DNA of 64,000 nucleotides from Escherichia phage HK6, in the sequence record PP724615.1; one strand, given 5' to 3'. The position numbers and the translations under genes are program-made. Positions 35,533 to 45,907 of this stretch are shown one piece after another (positions within the stretch are counted from its first letter, which is position 1; each line of letters begins with the position of its first letter). The notes under the pieces are model-generated. The model saw nothing but the letters and a program-made list of their open reading frames with translations. It was not told the origin of the DNA and ran no database searches.

Positions 35533-35813
35533 TTTTTACGCCCCGCATCTTTAGCCTCTTCGGCTGTATAGATATACTGATAAGCCCCTTTGGAGTATGC
35601 TGGAGCAGTACACATTTTCTTACGCTCAATCTCTTCTTGAGCTTTTCTTTCGCGTTCAGCTAATTCTTCGTCCAGATAAACTAAACGTTGTTCTGGAGGG
35701 GGTGGAAGACGTGTTTCTGGCTCACCAATATTAGCCTTTCTTATTTGACGAGGTGATTGTGCGCGTTTTCTCAATGGTTTAAATCCTAATGAATTTGAGT
35801 TATAAATCCGCAT
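35529..35813 (-). CDS. Hypothetical basic protein (94 aa)
   Basis: ORF track. Confidence 0.45.
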   Translation of the reverse strand: MRIYNSNSLGFKPLRKRAQSPRQIRKANIGEPETRLPPPPEQRLVYLDEELAERERKAQEEIERKKMCTAPAYSKGAYQYIYTAEEAKDAGRKK

Positions 35814-35890
35814 AAAGCCCTCCTCACTTTCAATACGAATATTATACTAAATTAGAGGGCTTTAAGCAAGAGAATTTTTCAATTTATTTA

Positions 35891-36379
35891 TCACATCTCA
35901 GCCATTTCAGCTTCAGTAATAACTGTATTACATAAGGCATCTACAGCTTCATTACCACTAATACCAGAATGTCCTTTAACCTTAATAAAGGTAGGGTTAG
36001 TATTATGAAAGTTGATATACTGCTGTGTTAATTTAAATGCTTCCTGCCAAAGTTCTAGATTAAGAGGAACTTCACCATCTGCTTTCTTCCAGCCTTTCCT
36101 TTGCCAAGAAAACATCCAACTTTCCATGCCATTTTTGCAATAAGCAGAGTCAGTATAGATAGCAATTGGTCTATTATCTTTTTTAACAGACCAACGTAGA
36201 GCTTCTACGATAGCTGTGAGTTCCATCTCATTATTTGTAGTTTTAGGATTATAACCAGATTTAGAACCTAAACGATCGTAGTTATCATCATAGACAATAA
36301 AACCCCAAGCACCTGGACCTGGGTTAGACTTACAAGCACCATCTGTGTAAATGTGGAAAACCGACATTATACCTCCCAA
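35891..36379 (-). CDS. rnhA: Ribonuclease HI (162 aa)
   Basis: TDGACKSNPGPGAWG, TNNEMEL and KGHSG motifs align with E. coli RNase HI. Confidence 0.85.
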   Translation of the reverse strand: MGGIMSVFHIYTDGACKSNPGPGAWGFIVYDDNYDRLGSKSGYNPKTTNNEMELTAIVEALRWSVKKDNRPIAIYTDSAYCKNGMESWMFSWQRKGWKKADGEVPLNLELWQEAFKLTQQYINFHNTNPTFIKVKGHSGISGNEAVDALCNTVITEAEMAEM

Positions 36380-36648
36380 CTAATTTTAAGACCCATGTCT
36401 ACAAAGGCGGCTTCTCGGTAGTATTGTGAGAGATGATACCCCTTATCCGATAAGGTTTTTAGTACCGATTTAGCTGCTCCTGGCATTTCTCTAGGATTAT
36501 ATAGCCACCTAGCGTAAGGATTATCTCGAATAATTACTTCTGTATTTCCAGACTTAGCAGCTTCTACAATCTTTTCTTCTATAAACTTTAGAAATGCAGG
36601 TACTTCTGTTAACCCTGCAAGTTCTTGAGCTTCTTTGGCTGAAATCAT
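36367..36648 (-). CDS. Hypothetical protein (93 aa)
   Basis: ORF track. Confidence 0.5.
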   Translation of the reverse strand: MISAKEAQELAGLTEVPAFLKFIEEKIVEAAKSGNTEVIIRDNPYARWLYNPREMPGAAKSVLKTLSDKGYHLSQYYREAAFVDMGLKISWEV

Positions 36649-36741
36649 TATATACCTCCAATTTATAAAATATATTATATTTAAATTTCACTAAATAAGC
36701 AAATGAAATTTAAATATAATAGCCCCGAAGGGCTACTTAAG

Positions 36742-37581
36742 TTAAGAGGACATTTTAGCTTTAAGAGCTGGATGTGGATCATATCCTTCAAGTTGGAAGG
36801 ACCAAGCCGCAGTATTATTCTCTAATAAATCATAGAGATCTACAAATTCTGGCATTACTAGAGTTGGCAAAGGACGTGGTTTGCGTTTCATTTGCTCCTC
36901 TACTTGCTCTATATGATCACTGTAAATATGTGTATCTCCACCACTAAAGATGAGATAACGAGGTTTTAATCCAGTCAGTTTTGCCAGGATATGTGTTAAT
37001 AAAGCATAGCTAGCAATATTGAAAGGCAGACCTAGAAAACAGTCTACAGAACGTTGTGTCCATTTAAGGTCTAAGTATCCATCATTACTTACGTAACATT
37101 GAAAACCATAGTGACATGGTGGTAATGCCATCTTATCCAGTTCAGCTACGTTCCATGCGGATACTAGGTGTCTACGACCGTGTGGATTATTCTTGAGACC
37201 CTCAATGAGTTCTAGGATCTGATCTCGTCCACCAAAGTTACGCCATTGTTTACCATATACTGGCCCTAGATTACCATTGTCATATCCCATACTTATGGCT
37301 TGGTCTTCATAATTTGGAGTCCAGATGGTCCACTGTCCTTCGTCACGCCCAAATGTGAATACTCGCAGATCATGGAGATTTGTAGATCCAGATAAAAACC
37401 ATAAGAGTTCTCCAACTACCGACTTCCAAGCTAGACGTTTTGTAGTTACAGCTGGAAATCCCTCACGTAAATCGAACTTAGCATAGGAATCAAAAATTGA
37501 AACTGTGCCTGTTCCTGTACGGTCGTTACGTGGTTCACCTAGTAGAATTACATCTGTTAGAATTTTTAAATATTGTTGCAT
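36742..37581 (-). CDS. thyA: Thymidylate synthase (279 aa)
   Basis: Active-site region PPCHYGFQ and other ThyA-conserved blocks. Confidence 0.9.
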   Translation of the reverse strand: MQQYLKILTDVILLGEPRNDRTGTGTVSIFDSYAKFDLREGFPAVTTKRLAWKSVVGELLWFLSGSTNLHDLRVFTFGRDEGQWTIWTPNYEDQAISMGYDNGNLGPVYGKQWRNFGGRDQILELIEGLKNNPHGRRHLVSAWNVAELDKMALPPCHYGFQCYVSNDGYLDLKWTQRSVDCFLGLPFNIASYALLTHILAKLTGLKPRYLIFSGGDTHIYSDHIEQVEEQMKRKPRPLPTLVMPEFVDLYDLLENNTAAWSFQLEGYDPHPALKAKMSS

Positions 37582-38114
37582 TAATAAGTAACCAATTCCT
37601 GTACAAATCGCAGGCTGTTATCACTGTTTGCGCCAGTTGCGTAAACTAAACGAGTAGATTCATAGTTGTAATCTAGAATCGTATTATCCAGATGTACATC
37701 TGCCTCTAGTTTTTGATTACTAAAGATTGTTGATACAAAAGCACTTTCAATATGTCCATGAATATACATTTCGTACAGTAATGTTGCACCGCCTAAAACC
37801 ACTGTCTGTTGATCTTTTAAGAATGTGGGTAATGTATCTCCAATCTTTGAAATTGGGGTATAGATACCATGTTTAATATCATCAGGCAGAGGACGATCCG
37901 CACGAATAAAGAGATCAGATTCTCCAATCATACGTTGCCGAACAACTTCTGGAAGTGCTAAATAAGTACCCGCACCAATGATGATGTTATCTGGATTCAA
38001 CACGTCCAGTTGAGAATAGAAAGCATCTAGTTCTTCTTTGAAGGAACCCCAGGGGAGTTTACCTCGGAGGCCGAACTCTCCATTCGGCCCAACTGCATAT
38101 ATTGCTGTAATCAT
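37581..38114 (-). CDS. frd: Dihydrofolate reductase (177 aa)
   Basis: DHFR-like N-terminus IYAVGPNGEFGLRGKLPW; directly upstream of thyA. Confidence 0.75.
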   Translation of the reverse strand: MITAIYAVGPNGEFGLRGKLPWGSFKEELDAFYSQLDVLNPDNIIIGAGTYLALPEVVRQRMIGESDLFIRADRPLPDDIKHGIYTPISKIGDTLPTFLKDQQTVVLGGATLLYEMYIHGHIESAFVSTIFSNQKLEADVHLDNTILDYNYESTRLVYATGANSDNSLRFVQELVTY

Positions 38115-39256
38115 AAGAAATCTCCAAATTCATTACCCAGATCTTTCAGAGTATCCGTAGAGGTCTCAGTTACCTGACCTACACGGTAGGCTGCACCAAT
38201 CTGGATTTCTTGTGGAGCAGGCTGTAAAGAAGTAGTATCCAACCAGTTCATGATCCACGGAATAGGGTTTTTGGTGATTACTGGTAAATGACTAGGCCAT
38301 TCTACACCAATGTGCATGAACGCATTACGCCCTACAAAATATAGGTACTCTTCTAGAAGTTCTGCGTTCAAACCAATCAGACTACGACCTTTGAAAATGA
38401 AATGACCCCATTCAATTTCAGTTTTCAGAGTTTTCAGGAGCTGTGCTGGTGCTTTAGCCACTGCTTCATCTACCAGATCTTTGTCAAACTGCTGGAACAT
38501 AATCTGGATGATTGCTTTAGACATCTGAGTGTGTAGAGCTTCATCTTTAGCGATTAATTGCAGATTTTTAGCAATACCTTGCAGAATATCGTTCTCTGCT
38601 AATGCAAAGGTACATGCAAAGGATGCGTAAAACTGCATTGCTTCCAGACCGTAGATCGCAAAGTAAGCATCTAATAGCTTAGCCTGAGTTTCACGTTTAA
38701 CTTCAGGGAACTCAGTTTCTGGATATGTATTGTCTCCACGATGATCGCGTACTGCGATGAAATACTGACCTAACTGGTACAGTTCATCGAATAGTTCAAC
38801 AGAATCAGCGATGCGTGCGAATGCTTCTTGGTTTTTGGTTACAGAATCAATAAATTCTGCTGGATCAGTCAGCACATTACGAATAATATTGCTATAAGCA
38901 CGACTATGCAGGTCTTCAAAATAGCTCCACTGTTTGAGCATACCTTCCAATTCTGGACGACTTACAAGGGGCATAATAGCTGCTTCAGGAGCACGACTAA
39001 TAAAGGAGTCTGTTTGAGTCTGCCATGCTAAGTTCAGGAGTGTAATTTCCTGAATTTCCCGTGGGAGATTAGGCCATTGTTTCTTATCTGCTTCCAGACT
39101 GATTTCAGTTTCAGTCCAAAATTGAGAGCGTTGCAGGAGTGCCAGACGTTCTAGTTCTGGATGTGCTACACGTACATAATCTGCGATACCGAGAGAATCT
39201 CCCAGGAAAAGGTCAGCGTTAGTATGATCCCAATTCAGGTTTAGTAAAGTAGTCAT
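38111..39256 (-). CDS. nrdB: Ribonucleotide reductase class Ia small subunit (381 aa)
   Basis: Strong similarity to E. coli NrdB blocks (HSRAYSNIIRNV, FACTFALAEND, IAKDEALH). Confidence 0.9.
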   Translation of the reverse strand: MTTLLNLNWDHTNADLFLGDSLGIADYVRVAHPELERLALLQRSQFWTETEISLEADKKQWPNLPREIQEITLLNLAWQTQTDSFISRAPEAAIMPLVSRPELEGMLKQWSYFEDLHSRAYSNIIRNVLTDPAEFIDSVTKNQEAFARIADSVELFDELYQLGQYFIAVRDHRGDNTYPETEFPEVKRETQAKLLDAYFAIYGLEAMQFYASFACTFALAENDILQGIAKNLQLIAKDEALHTQMSKAIIQIMFQQFDKDLVDEAVAKAPAQLLKTLKTEIEWGHFIFKGRSLIGLNAELLEEYLYFVGRNAFMHIGVEWPSHLPVITKNPIPWIMNWLDTTSLQPAPQEIQIGAAYRVGQVTETSTDTLKDLGNEFGDFL

Positions 39257-39333
39257 TGATTTTCCTCTTTCTCACTATTTCAGGAATATTATAGCAAATC
39301 TGATAGCGATTAGCAAGTAAAATTTCAAAGAAA

Positions 39334-39355
39334 AAGGAGACCCGAAGATCTCCTT
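39334..39355 (-). terminator. Hairpin plus T-run terminator between nrdA and nrdB
   Basis: AAGGAGA..TCTCCTT stem followed on the minus strand by TTTCTTTGA. Confidence 0.55.
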
Positions 39356-39362
39356 GTTTTTA

Positions 39363-41693
39363 TTAAATAGTACAACCACCGGATGCACAACCGGCTGCTT
39401 CTTCTCCAGCACCTCCACCATTTGCGGTATTGAAGTTAGCATAATACCAAGTTTTCCACCCATACTTAACAGCAGTCATGAAATCACGAACCACTACTGG
39501 GCCAGGAATGATTTCATTCTCAAACTTGGTGTAGTCATAGTACATATTCGTACTGATAGACTGACTGAAGAATTTCTGCATAGTTGCTACCCACTTGATC
39601 CACTCGATACGATCTACATCATAAGCCAGTTTATAGCTCATTAACGTTTCCCAATCGGTTGCACCCGGAGCAATTGCAATTACTTTATTCACTGCACTAC
39701 CCTTGATAGATACAATCTTACGAGGCGGTTCAATAGAGTTAGTAACACCTAACAGAACAGAAGAACTTTCTCCCGGCATCTGAGCAGTCAGAACAGAGTT
39801 ACGCATACCATATTTCAGAATATCTGCACGCAGAGACTCCCAGTCCATTTCTAGACCTACGGATACCAGTTCATCAACAGTTTTCTTGTACGTGTCGATT
39901 ACCAGAATTCCTTTAGATGGTTTAGTACGATCAAACCACTCACATGCACCCTGTTCTTTAGCTAGTCGTACAGAGGCTTTATGCAGGAAGTAAGACAGTT
40001 TTTCAGCCTCACGGTGAATCCAGTTACGGGCTTCAATACCTTCATAAGCCAGACCTTCTGCTGCCATTGCACCTGCTGCGTTCATTAGTCCAATACCAAC
40101 ATTACGACGTTTCTTAGCCGTATATTCCATAGTTGGGAACGGATAATCCTGAATTTCAATAATTGTATCAACGAATTTCAGAAGGATGTAGCAAGTTTTT
40201 TCCCACTCAGCTAGTGATTCCATACGTCCAAGTACAACACCACCTAAGTTACACAAAGATACTTCACCAATATCCTCCGGTTTCATTTGATCAAGCTGCT
40301 CTTTTGTCTTATACAGCTCTGTGATATGATGGAACGGGCGTGTAGGCTGAGTAATTTCAACACAAAGGTTTGTCATACGGATCGGATCAAGGAAATTACC
40401 GTGACGATTAGATTCCCCGATGTGATGAGCATACATACGTCCTGTTTCCATTCGGATACGTAGCCAAGTATCTAGGATTTCTTTTGCAGAGACTTTAGGA
40501 GCTGCAGGAACTGTTTTTCCTTCGTGGTCGATCTTTGTAAGAGATGCCACACGTTTCTCCGCTGCCACGTAGATTTCTTCAAATTTAGCCTCGTCATCAC
40601 TATAAAACGCTTCATGAACTTCTGGAGCATAGAAGTATGACATTAGCGTAATATCTTCGTTTTTAAGATAACGTTTTAACAAAAGATTGTTAAAGCTCAG
40701 AGAATAATCCATCTTATCGATTTTATTCTCATCTGTAGCACGTTGTTGCTTAACCTGCATCAATTGAATGATTTCAGGGTCGAAGTATGGATAAGACACT
40801 GTAGCAGAACCACCACGAGTTTGCTGAGTATTGGCCTTTACTGAGCGGTCAATGTGTCGATAATATGGCAGTTTTCCGGAATGCGGGAATGCCCCATTTC
40901 GCACCGGATCAGCAATTGATCGGCTTTCAAGATGATACCCGATTCCCGCTCTGGCTGCGACCATTTTGAAGACGATGTGCTCGGCGGTGTCGATTGAATC
41001 CAACGTGTCAGTGGAATCCACGAGGCAGCAACTAGCAAATCCACGGTCACTAGAGCGCAGACCAACCAGTGGCGGCGTAGGAACGTTGATTTTGTGGAGT
41101 GACATTGCGTTGTAGAGATCGATTGCATCTAGAATTGTCCAGTTAGGTTGAGATAGCATCGCCATTGCCATACCCATGTAGGCAAACTGCGGAGTTTCGT
41201 AAATTTCACCAGTGGCTATGTTACGACGGGAATACTTATCAAAGAACTGCTTCAGTCCACCACTAGTAAAAAGACGGTCACGATCATGGTCGATAACCTG
41301 ATTCAGAGCTTCAAATTGCTCATCGGTAATCCATGCACTCATGTCTTCCCATGCACCTACGCTAACCATATGGTCATGGAAGAAGCGTAGAGAAGGTGGT
41401 TCGAAAGAATCATAAAGGCGTTTACGCATTTGCGCAAGACGTAATTCCTTTGCTGGCACATCATATGCTGGATTATCTTTAATAAGACTTTCAGCAGCTT
41501 TAATTAATGCATCCATCAGAGTGTCGGAATCTACAACCCCTTTAGGCAGAGTTTTTTGAGCAGCCATAGTAATGGCTGACCAACTTACATCAACTGTTTT
41601 GCAACCATACTCTGCCCAACCATTGATTTTTTCAGGAGCAAAGTCTTCTACAGTACCGTCACGTTTAATTACTTTTTCAATGCGATGGCTCAT
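39363..41693 (-). CDS. nrdA: Ribonucleotide reductase class Ia large subunit (776 aa)
   Basis: ATP-cone N-terminus, catalytic core blocks, C-terminal Cys pair; start set at MSHRIEK behind an AGGAAA RBS, not the longer track ORF. Confidence 0.9.
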   Translation of the reverse strand: MSHRIEKVIKRDGTVEDFAPEKINGWAEYGCKTVDVSWSAITMAAQKTLPKGVVDSDTLMDALIKAAESLIKDNPAYDVPAKELRLAQMRKRLYDSFEPPSLRFFHDHMVSVGAWEDMSAWITDEQFEALNQVIDHDRDRLFTSGGLKQFFDKYSRRNIATGEIYETPQFAYMGMAMAMLSQPNWTILDAIDLYNAMSLHKINVPTPPLVGLRSSDRGFASCCLVDSTDTLDSIDTAEHIVFKMVAARAGIGYHLESRSIADPVRNGAFPHSGKLPYYRHIDRSVKANTQQTRGGSATVSYPYFDPEIIQLMQVKQQRATDENKIDKMDYSLSFNNLLLKRYLKNEDITLMSYFYAPEVHEAFYSDDEAKFEEIYVAAEKRVASLTKIDHEGKTVPAAPKVSAKEILDTWLRIRMETGRMYAHHIGESNRHGNFLDPIRMTNLCVEITQPTRPFHHITELYKTKEQLDQMKPEDIGEVSLCNLGGVVLGRMESLAEWEKTCYILLKFVDTIIEIQDYPFPTMEYTAKKRRNVGIGLMNAAGAMAAEGLAYEGIEARNWIHREAEKLSYFLHKASVRLAKEQGACEWFDRTKPSKGILVIDTYKKTVDELVSVGLEMDWESLRADILKYGMRNSVLTAQMPGESSSVLLGVTNSIEPPRKIVSIKGSAVNKVIAIAPGATDWETLMSYKLAYDVDRIEWIKWVATMQKFFSQSISTNMYYDYTKFENEIIPGPVVVRDFMTAVKYGWKTWYYANFNTANGGGAGEEAAGCASGGCTI

Positions 41694-42058
41694 TTGGCTT
41701 TCCTTTTTATAGTTATCAGGATTTAAGGAATATTCTACTTTATTATCGGTCATTAGGCAAATAAAATTTTCTGATAGAAAAGGCCCGAGTATTTTCATAC
41801 CCAGGCCCTGTATATTACCAGTCTAGCTTTTTAGCTTATTCAATTACTTTAGCTCTAGCTACTTCTTTTAATAGAATATCTATGGAGGTGCTCAGCTCGT
41901 TATAATTGAATGGTTTATTTGGATTTGAGGTTACAATTTTCCACGCTAGGGTTGTCTTAGGACTTTCTTCCCCTTCCTTACGTGTAATCATATTAGCAGC
42001 ACTCAGTGAAGTACGATGTATTTTAGTTTTACGGCTCAGATGAACGACGTTTCCCATA

Positions 42059-42820
42059 TTACACCTTCCCCATGTCTTTAAAAATATCATAGAATGCTTT
42101 AGACTCAACAGAACGAACGTTATCAATCAATTCGATCATTGAGAATGGGGCATTTTCGTATTTCTCATAGACTTCCATAAGGAGTGCTAGACCTGAGTCA
42201 CCTTTAATGTCTTTCTGAGCTATATCTCCGCAGATAATTAAACGGCAGTCTTGTCCTACACGAGTTAGGAGACAAATCATTGCCTCAACGGAAATATTCT
42301 GAGCTTCATCGACAATTACATAGGAGTTGTTGAAAGTTCTGCCACGAGCATGTTCGATAGCCAAAAATTTAATTTTCTGACGTTCGACATATCCTTTATA
42401 TGCATGATCGCCGATGGCCCATTTCATACCATCAGCTATTGGCTCCAACCAAGGTTCTAGCTTTTCCGCTAGATCACCAGGAAGCATACCAAGAGACTTG
42501 CCTAGAGGTTCATTAGGACGTACGAGAATCACTTGCTCAATATCTGAGTGAATGTCTACGAGTTCCTGAGCTGCAAGAACGGACGGAATAAAGGTTTTAC
42601 CAGTACCCGGCTCACCGATACCCACAGTCACTGTGTTGTTCTTGATCATATTGATATATGATTTTTGCTCGCGGTTTTTACCTACTAGGGATTTAGCAAC
42701 TGGATTAGCGTAATCATTAGAAAAATCAGCCTGAATTACGTTGTTCTCATATTTGTTGCCACGCTTTCTTGAACCATTGCGGTTCTCTCTTTTTTGACGT
42801 GCTTTTCCCATAAATAACAC
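42059..42820 (-). CDS. phoH: PhoH-like ATPase (253 aa)
   Basis: Walker A GEPGTGKT and VIVDEAQN Walker B; RBS AGGAG. Confidence 0.85.
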   Translation of the reverse strand: MLFMGKARQKRENRNGSRKRGNKYENNVIQADFSNDYANPVAKSLVGKNREQKSYINMIKNNTVTVGIGEPGTGKTFIPSVLAAQELVDIHSDIEQVILVRPNEPLGKSLGMLPGDLAEKLEPWLEPIADGMKWAIGDHAYKGYVERQKIKFLAIEHARGRTFNNSYVIVDEAQNISVEAMICLLTRVGQDCRLIICGDIAQKDIKGDSGLALLMEVYEKYENAPFSMIELIDNVRSVESKAFYDIFKDMGKV

Positions 42821-43105
42821 TCCTATAGTGTACTTCGCTAACAGAGGATCAACAAAAAGATCTTGTTTATCAACTTACAAATATATTATACCAATATATA
42901 CAGTAAAAAGCAACTACAATTTTAAATAAGCCTATGATATTGCATTTAAATAAAAAATTTGCTTGCTTTTAACGTGAGATGTGTGATACTAGATAATCAT
43001 TTTATATCGCGTGCACGAGTGCGTGATTATACAATTTTTAATAGAGATTGGCAAATAAAATTTTTTGACTCAGATCATGTTACAGAACTTTATAGTAAAA
43101 TATTG

Positions 43106-43134
43106 TTGACATCCGCCCTCGAATGAGTTATAAT
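43106..43134 (+). promoter_or_regulatory. Consensus sigma70 promoter (TTGACA, 17 bp, TATAAT) upstream of nrdD
   Basis: Perfect -35 and -10 hexamers with 17-bp spacer; about 30 bp before the nrdD RBS. Confidence 0.75.
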
Positions 43135-43163
43135 AGTAGTCTTAGTTAGAGAAGGAGAGTATA

Positions 43164-45038
43164 ATGAATCGCAATGAAGAACTAAAGTATAAAGAAATGC
43201 AGGCGTTAATTAGAAACTGCAAAGAGATTATCGAAGGGTCAGCAGATGAAGAGCTGCTGTTTAATAATGCTAATAAACCCTCAGAACGTTTCCCTACACA
43301 AAGGGATATGCTTGCAGGTGAGTTGAGTAAGTATCTGATTCTAGAAGAAATGCCAATTCAGATTCGAAATGCTCATATGATTGGGGATATTCATTTCCAT
43401 GATGCTGATTATGCTGCATTAGGCATGACTAATTGTTGTCTGGTAGCTCTGGAAGATATGTTAAAGAATGGTATGAAGGTTGGTAATGCTGAAATTAGCA
43501 CTCCAAACTCTATTACCACTGCGGCGGCTATTACTGCTCAAATTATCACTCAGGTTAGCTCCCATCAGTATGGTGGTACTTCTGTAGATCGCCTTGATGA
43601 AGTATTAGCCCCTTATGTTCGTAAATCCTATGACAAAAATCATGCGTTTGCAAAACGTTGGACTAAGGATGAAGCCAAAGCATCCGTAATGGCTACGGAG
43701 ATGACTGAAAAAGAAGTCTATGACGCTTGTCAGGGTTTAGAATATGAAATCAATACCATGTTCAACTCTAATGGTCAGAGTCCATTTATTACCTTTGGTT
43801 TTGGTCTAGGAACTTCTTGGGAAGCACGTCTAGTACAGAAAGCAATACTGAAAGTACGCATGGATGGTTTAGGTATCAATAAACGTACAGCTATCTTCCC
43901 AAAACTGGTATTTGTACTTCGTGATGGTGTTAACATGAAACCAGGAGATGTTAATTATGACATCAAGAAGTTAGCTATGAAATGTACTGCTGAACGTATG
44001 TATCCAGATTATATCAGCTATGACAAGGTTGTAGAAGTTACTGGAGACTACAAAGTTTCTATGGGCTGCCGTTCATTCCTAGCTGCTACAGAAGATGGTG
44101 AAACTGCCGGTCGTAATAACTTAGGTGTTGTTTCTGTAAACTTGCCTAGAATTGCTATCGAAGCTGAAGGAAATATTGACCTATTCTTTGATTTGCTTGA
44201 GCTACGTGTGGATACAGCGTTAAAAGCATTGGAGTGGAGAGTTGATCGCTTAAAATACATTCAAGCTAAAGCTGCACCTATCCTCTATATGTCCGGAGCC
44301 TTTGGGTTACGCTTGGGGCCTGATGAGTATGTGTTCGATCATTTCTATAACCGTGCTTCTGTATCTCTAGGGTATATTGGTTGCCATGAAATGCTACAGT
44401 TCATGTTTGGCAAAGATGTAGACACAATGTCCGAGACCTGCATCAAGTTTGTTCAGCGTGTATTGCAGTACATGCGGGATAGAGTCGATCAGAAGAAGGA
44501 AGAGACTAAGTTAGGTTATAGCTTGTATGCTACACCGTCAGAGTCCCTATGCGATAGGTTTTGCCGTTTAGATCGTGAATATTTCCCAGAGCATGAAGAT
44601 ATTCTGTCTAAAGGATACTACACTAACTCGCACCACCTTGATGTAGAACGTAAAGTTGCTCCCAATGTGAAATTTGATTATGAATCTAACTTTACTCCTA
44701 TTGCTTCTGGTGGGTGCATTTCCTATGTAGAACTACCAGATATGAAACGATTCCCAGATGCACTGGAATGGGTTATTAATTATGCTGCTAGTAAAGTTCA
44801 TTACTTCGGTATTAATACTCCAGTGGATTCTTGTGGTAAATGTGGATTCTTAGGTGAAACAGTAGCATCCGAAGATGGGTTTAAGTGCCCTATCTGTGGT
44901 AATCATGACCCCGAAACTCTTGAAGTAACTCGTCGAGTTTGTGGGTATCTTGGAAATCCAGGTGCTCGTCCATTTAACCCCGGCAAACAGCACGAGGTAA
45001 TGGGCAGAGTGAAGCATCAAGATATTCGAGCTAAGTAA
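43164..45038 (+). CDS. nrdD: Anaerobic ribonucleoside-triphosphate reductase (624 aa)
   Basis: C-terminal zinc ribbon CGKCGF...CPICG and glycyl-radical motif RVCGYLG. Confidence 0.9.
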   Translation: MNRNEELKYKEMQALIRNCKEIIEGSADEELLFNNANKPSERFPTQRDMLAGELSKYLILEEMPIQIRNAHMIGDIHFHDADYAALGMTNCCLVALEDMLKNGMKVGNAEISTPNSITTAAAITAQIITQVSSHQYGGTSVDRLDEVLAPYVRKSYDKNHAFAKRWTKDEAKASVMATEMTEKEVYDACQGLEYEINTMFNSNGQSPFITFGFGLGTSWEARLVQKAILKVRMDGLGINKRTAIFPKLVFVLRDGVNMKPGDVNYDIKKLAMKCTAERMYPDYISYDKVVEVTGDYKVSMGCRSFLAATEDGETAGRNNLGVVSVNLPRIAIEAEGNIDLFFDLLELRVDTALKALEWRVDRLKYIQAKAAPILYMSGAFGLRLGPDEYVFDHFYNRASVSLGYIGCHEMLQFMFGKDVDTMSETCIKFVQRVLQYMRDRVDQKKEETKLGYSLYATPSESLCDRFCRLDREYFPEHEDILSKGYYTNSHHLDVERKVAPNVKFDYESNFTPIASGGCISYVELPDMKRFPDALEWVINYAASKVHYFGINTPVDSCGKCGFLGETVASEDGFKCPICGNHDPETLEVTRRVCGYLGNPGARPFNPGKQHEVMGRVKHQDIRAK

Positions 45039-45045
45039 GCTAATC

Positions 45046-45080
45046 AGCCGGGTTGCTAGTCGACCTGGCTTTTATTTTAT
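45046..45080 (+). terminator. Rho-independent terminator after nrdD
   Basis: GC-rich imperfect hairpin followed by TTTATTTTATTT. Confidence 0.55.
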
Positions 45081-45109
45081 TTGCTTTCATCCAAAAATTT
45101 ATATATAAT
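45081..45109 (+). promoter_or_regulatory. Conserved early promoter (TTGCTT, 17 bp, TATAAT)
   Basis: Same module as the other early promoters, followed by AGAGGAG RBS. Confidence 0.65.
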
Positions 45110-45137
45110 AGATTTATAAATTTGAGAGGAGAAAGAT

Positions 45138-45518
45138 ATGGAATTAAAGCCCTATATAGTTGAATCTACATGTGGTAGTTTCCATCTGGGTGTGGATGAT
45201 ATTGCTGAGGCTGTCTTTGCTGCTACAGGTGATTACTCGCATATAGAGGGTGTTGCATACCCTACCATTATTGGCGATTGGGTGGAAACAAATCTAGATG
45301 TATCGCCTTATAACCCATATTGCTTGTTTGATGAAGACAGAGATGAAGTAAAATGTAATCTTGAATTTGTGTATAATAGAGTGTTAAAAGTATACCAACG
45401 TAGCCCCAATGGGTACGAAGATATTACTTGGAGTATTAAACAGTATCTTAAAGATATATACTCTAGTTTTTCTGACGAAGACCTAGAAATAGTTGCAGTG
45501 GAGTTTAATAATGACTAA
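45138..45518 (+). CDS. Hypothetical acidic protein (126 aa)
   Basis: ORF with strong RBS behind promoter. Confidence 0.6.
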   Translation: MELKPYIVESTCGSFHLGVDDIAEAVFAATGDYSHIEGVAYPTIIGDWVETNLDVSPYNPYCLFDEDRDEVKCNLEFVYNRVLKVYQRSPNGYEDITWSIKQYLKDIYSSFSDEDLEIVAVEFNND

Positions 45519-45717
45519 GAATGTGAAACACCTTAAATATCGCTTAATTTACAACGGACGTATGGAAACAGAAGATCTGGCCCAGTTAGCTATTAATTCT
45601 AAGGAGGTTACAGTGCGTGCGCTGGCAATTGAAAAGTTGCGTGCCTCTTATGAAAATCGTGTTATGGAATTAGAGGAGAAACTTTATGGCATTCTCGAAG
45701 CCGATGCTACCAGATAA
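45493..45717 (+). CDS. Hypothetical protein (74 aa)
   Basis: ORF track. Confidence 0.4.
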   Translation: MQWSLIMTKNVKHLKYRLIYNGRMETEDLAQLAINSKEVTVRALAIEKLRASYENRVMELEEKLYGILEADATR

Positions 45718-45907
45718 GGGTTTAAACGCCGCTTTGGAAAACGCATTAATGCAGCACTGGGAAACTGGCTATAAGGATGGTGTTGAATCCTGCGCTACTA
45801 TGCTAGAAGTTATTGCTAATACCTTAATGGAGAAAGGCAATAAAGAATTAGCTGAGCTATTAGATAGTATTGGGCAAAACTTCAGAGAACAGGTGAAAAA
45901 TGCGTAG
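45686..45907 (+). CDS. Hypothetical protein (73 aa)
   Basis: ORF track. Confidence 0.4.
   Translation: MAFSKPMLPDKGLNAALENALMQHWETGYKDGVESCATMLEVIANTLMEKGNKELAELLDSIGQNFREQVKNA

Noticed and set aside
39275-39463. 62-aa minus-strand ORF between nrdA and nrdB
   Set aside because: It overlaps the nrdA stop region, the terminator hairpin and the nrdB promoter.
41694-41798. Longer nrdA start at 41798
   Set aside because: The ATP-cone begins at MSHRIEK, which has an AGGAAA RBS; the 35-residue extension has no RBS.
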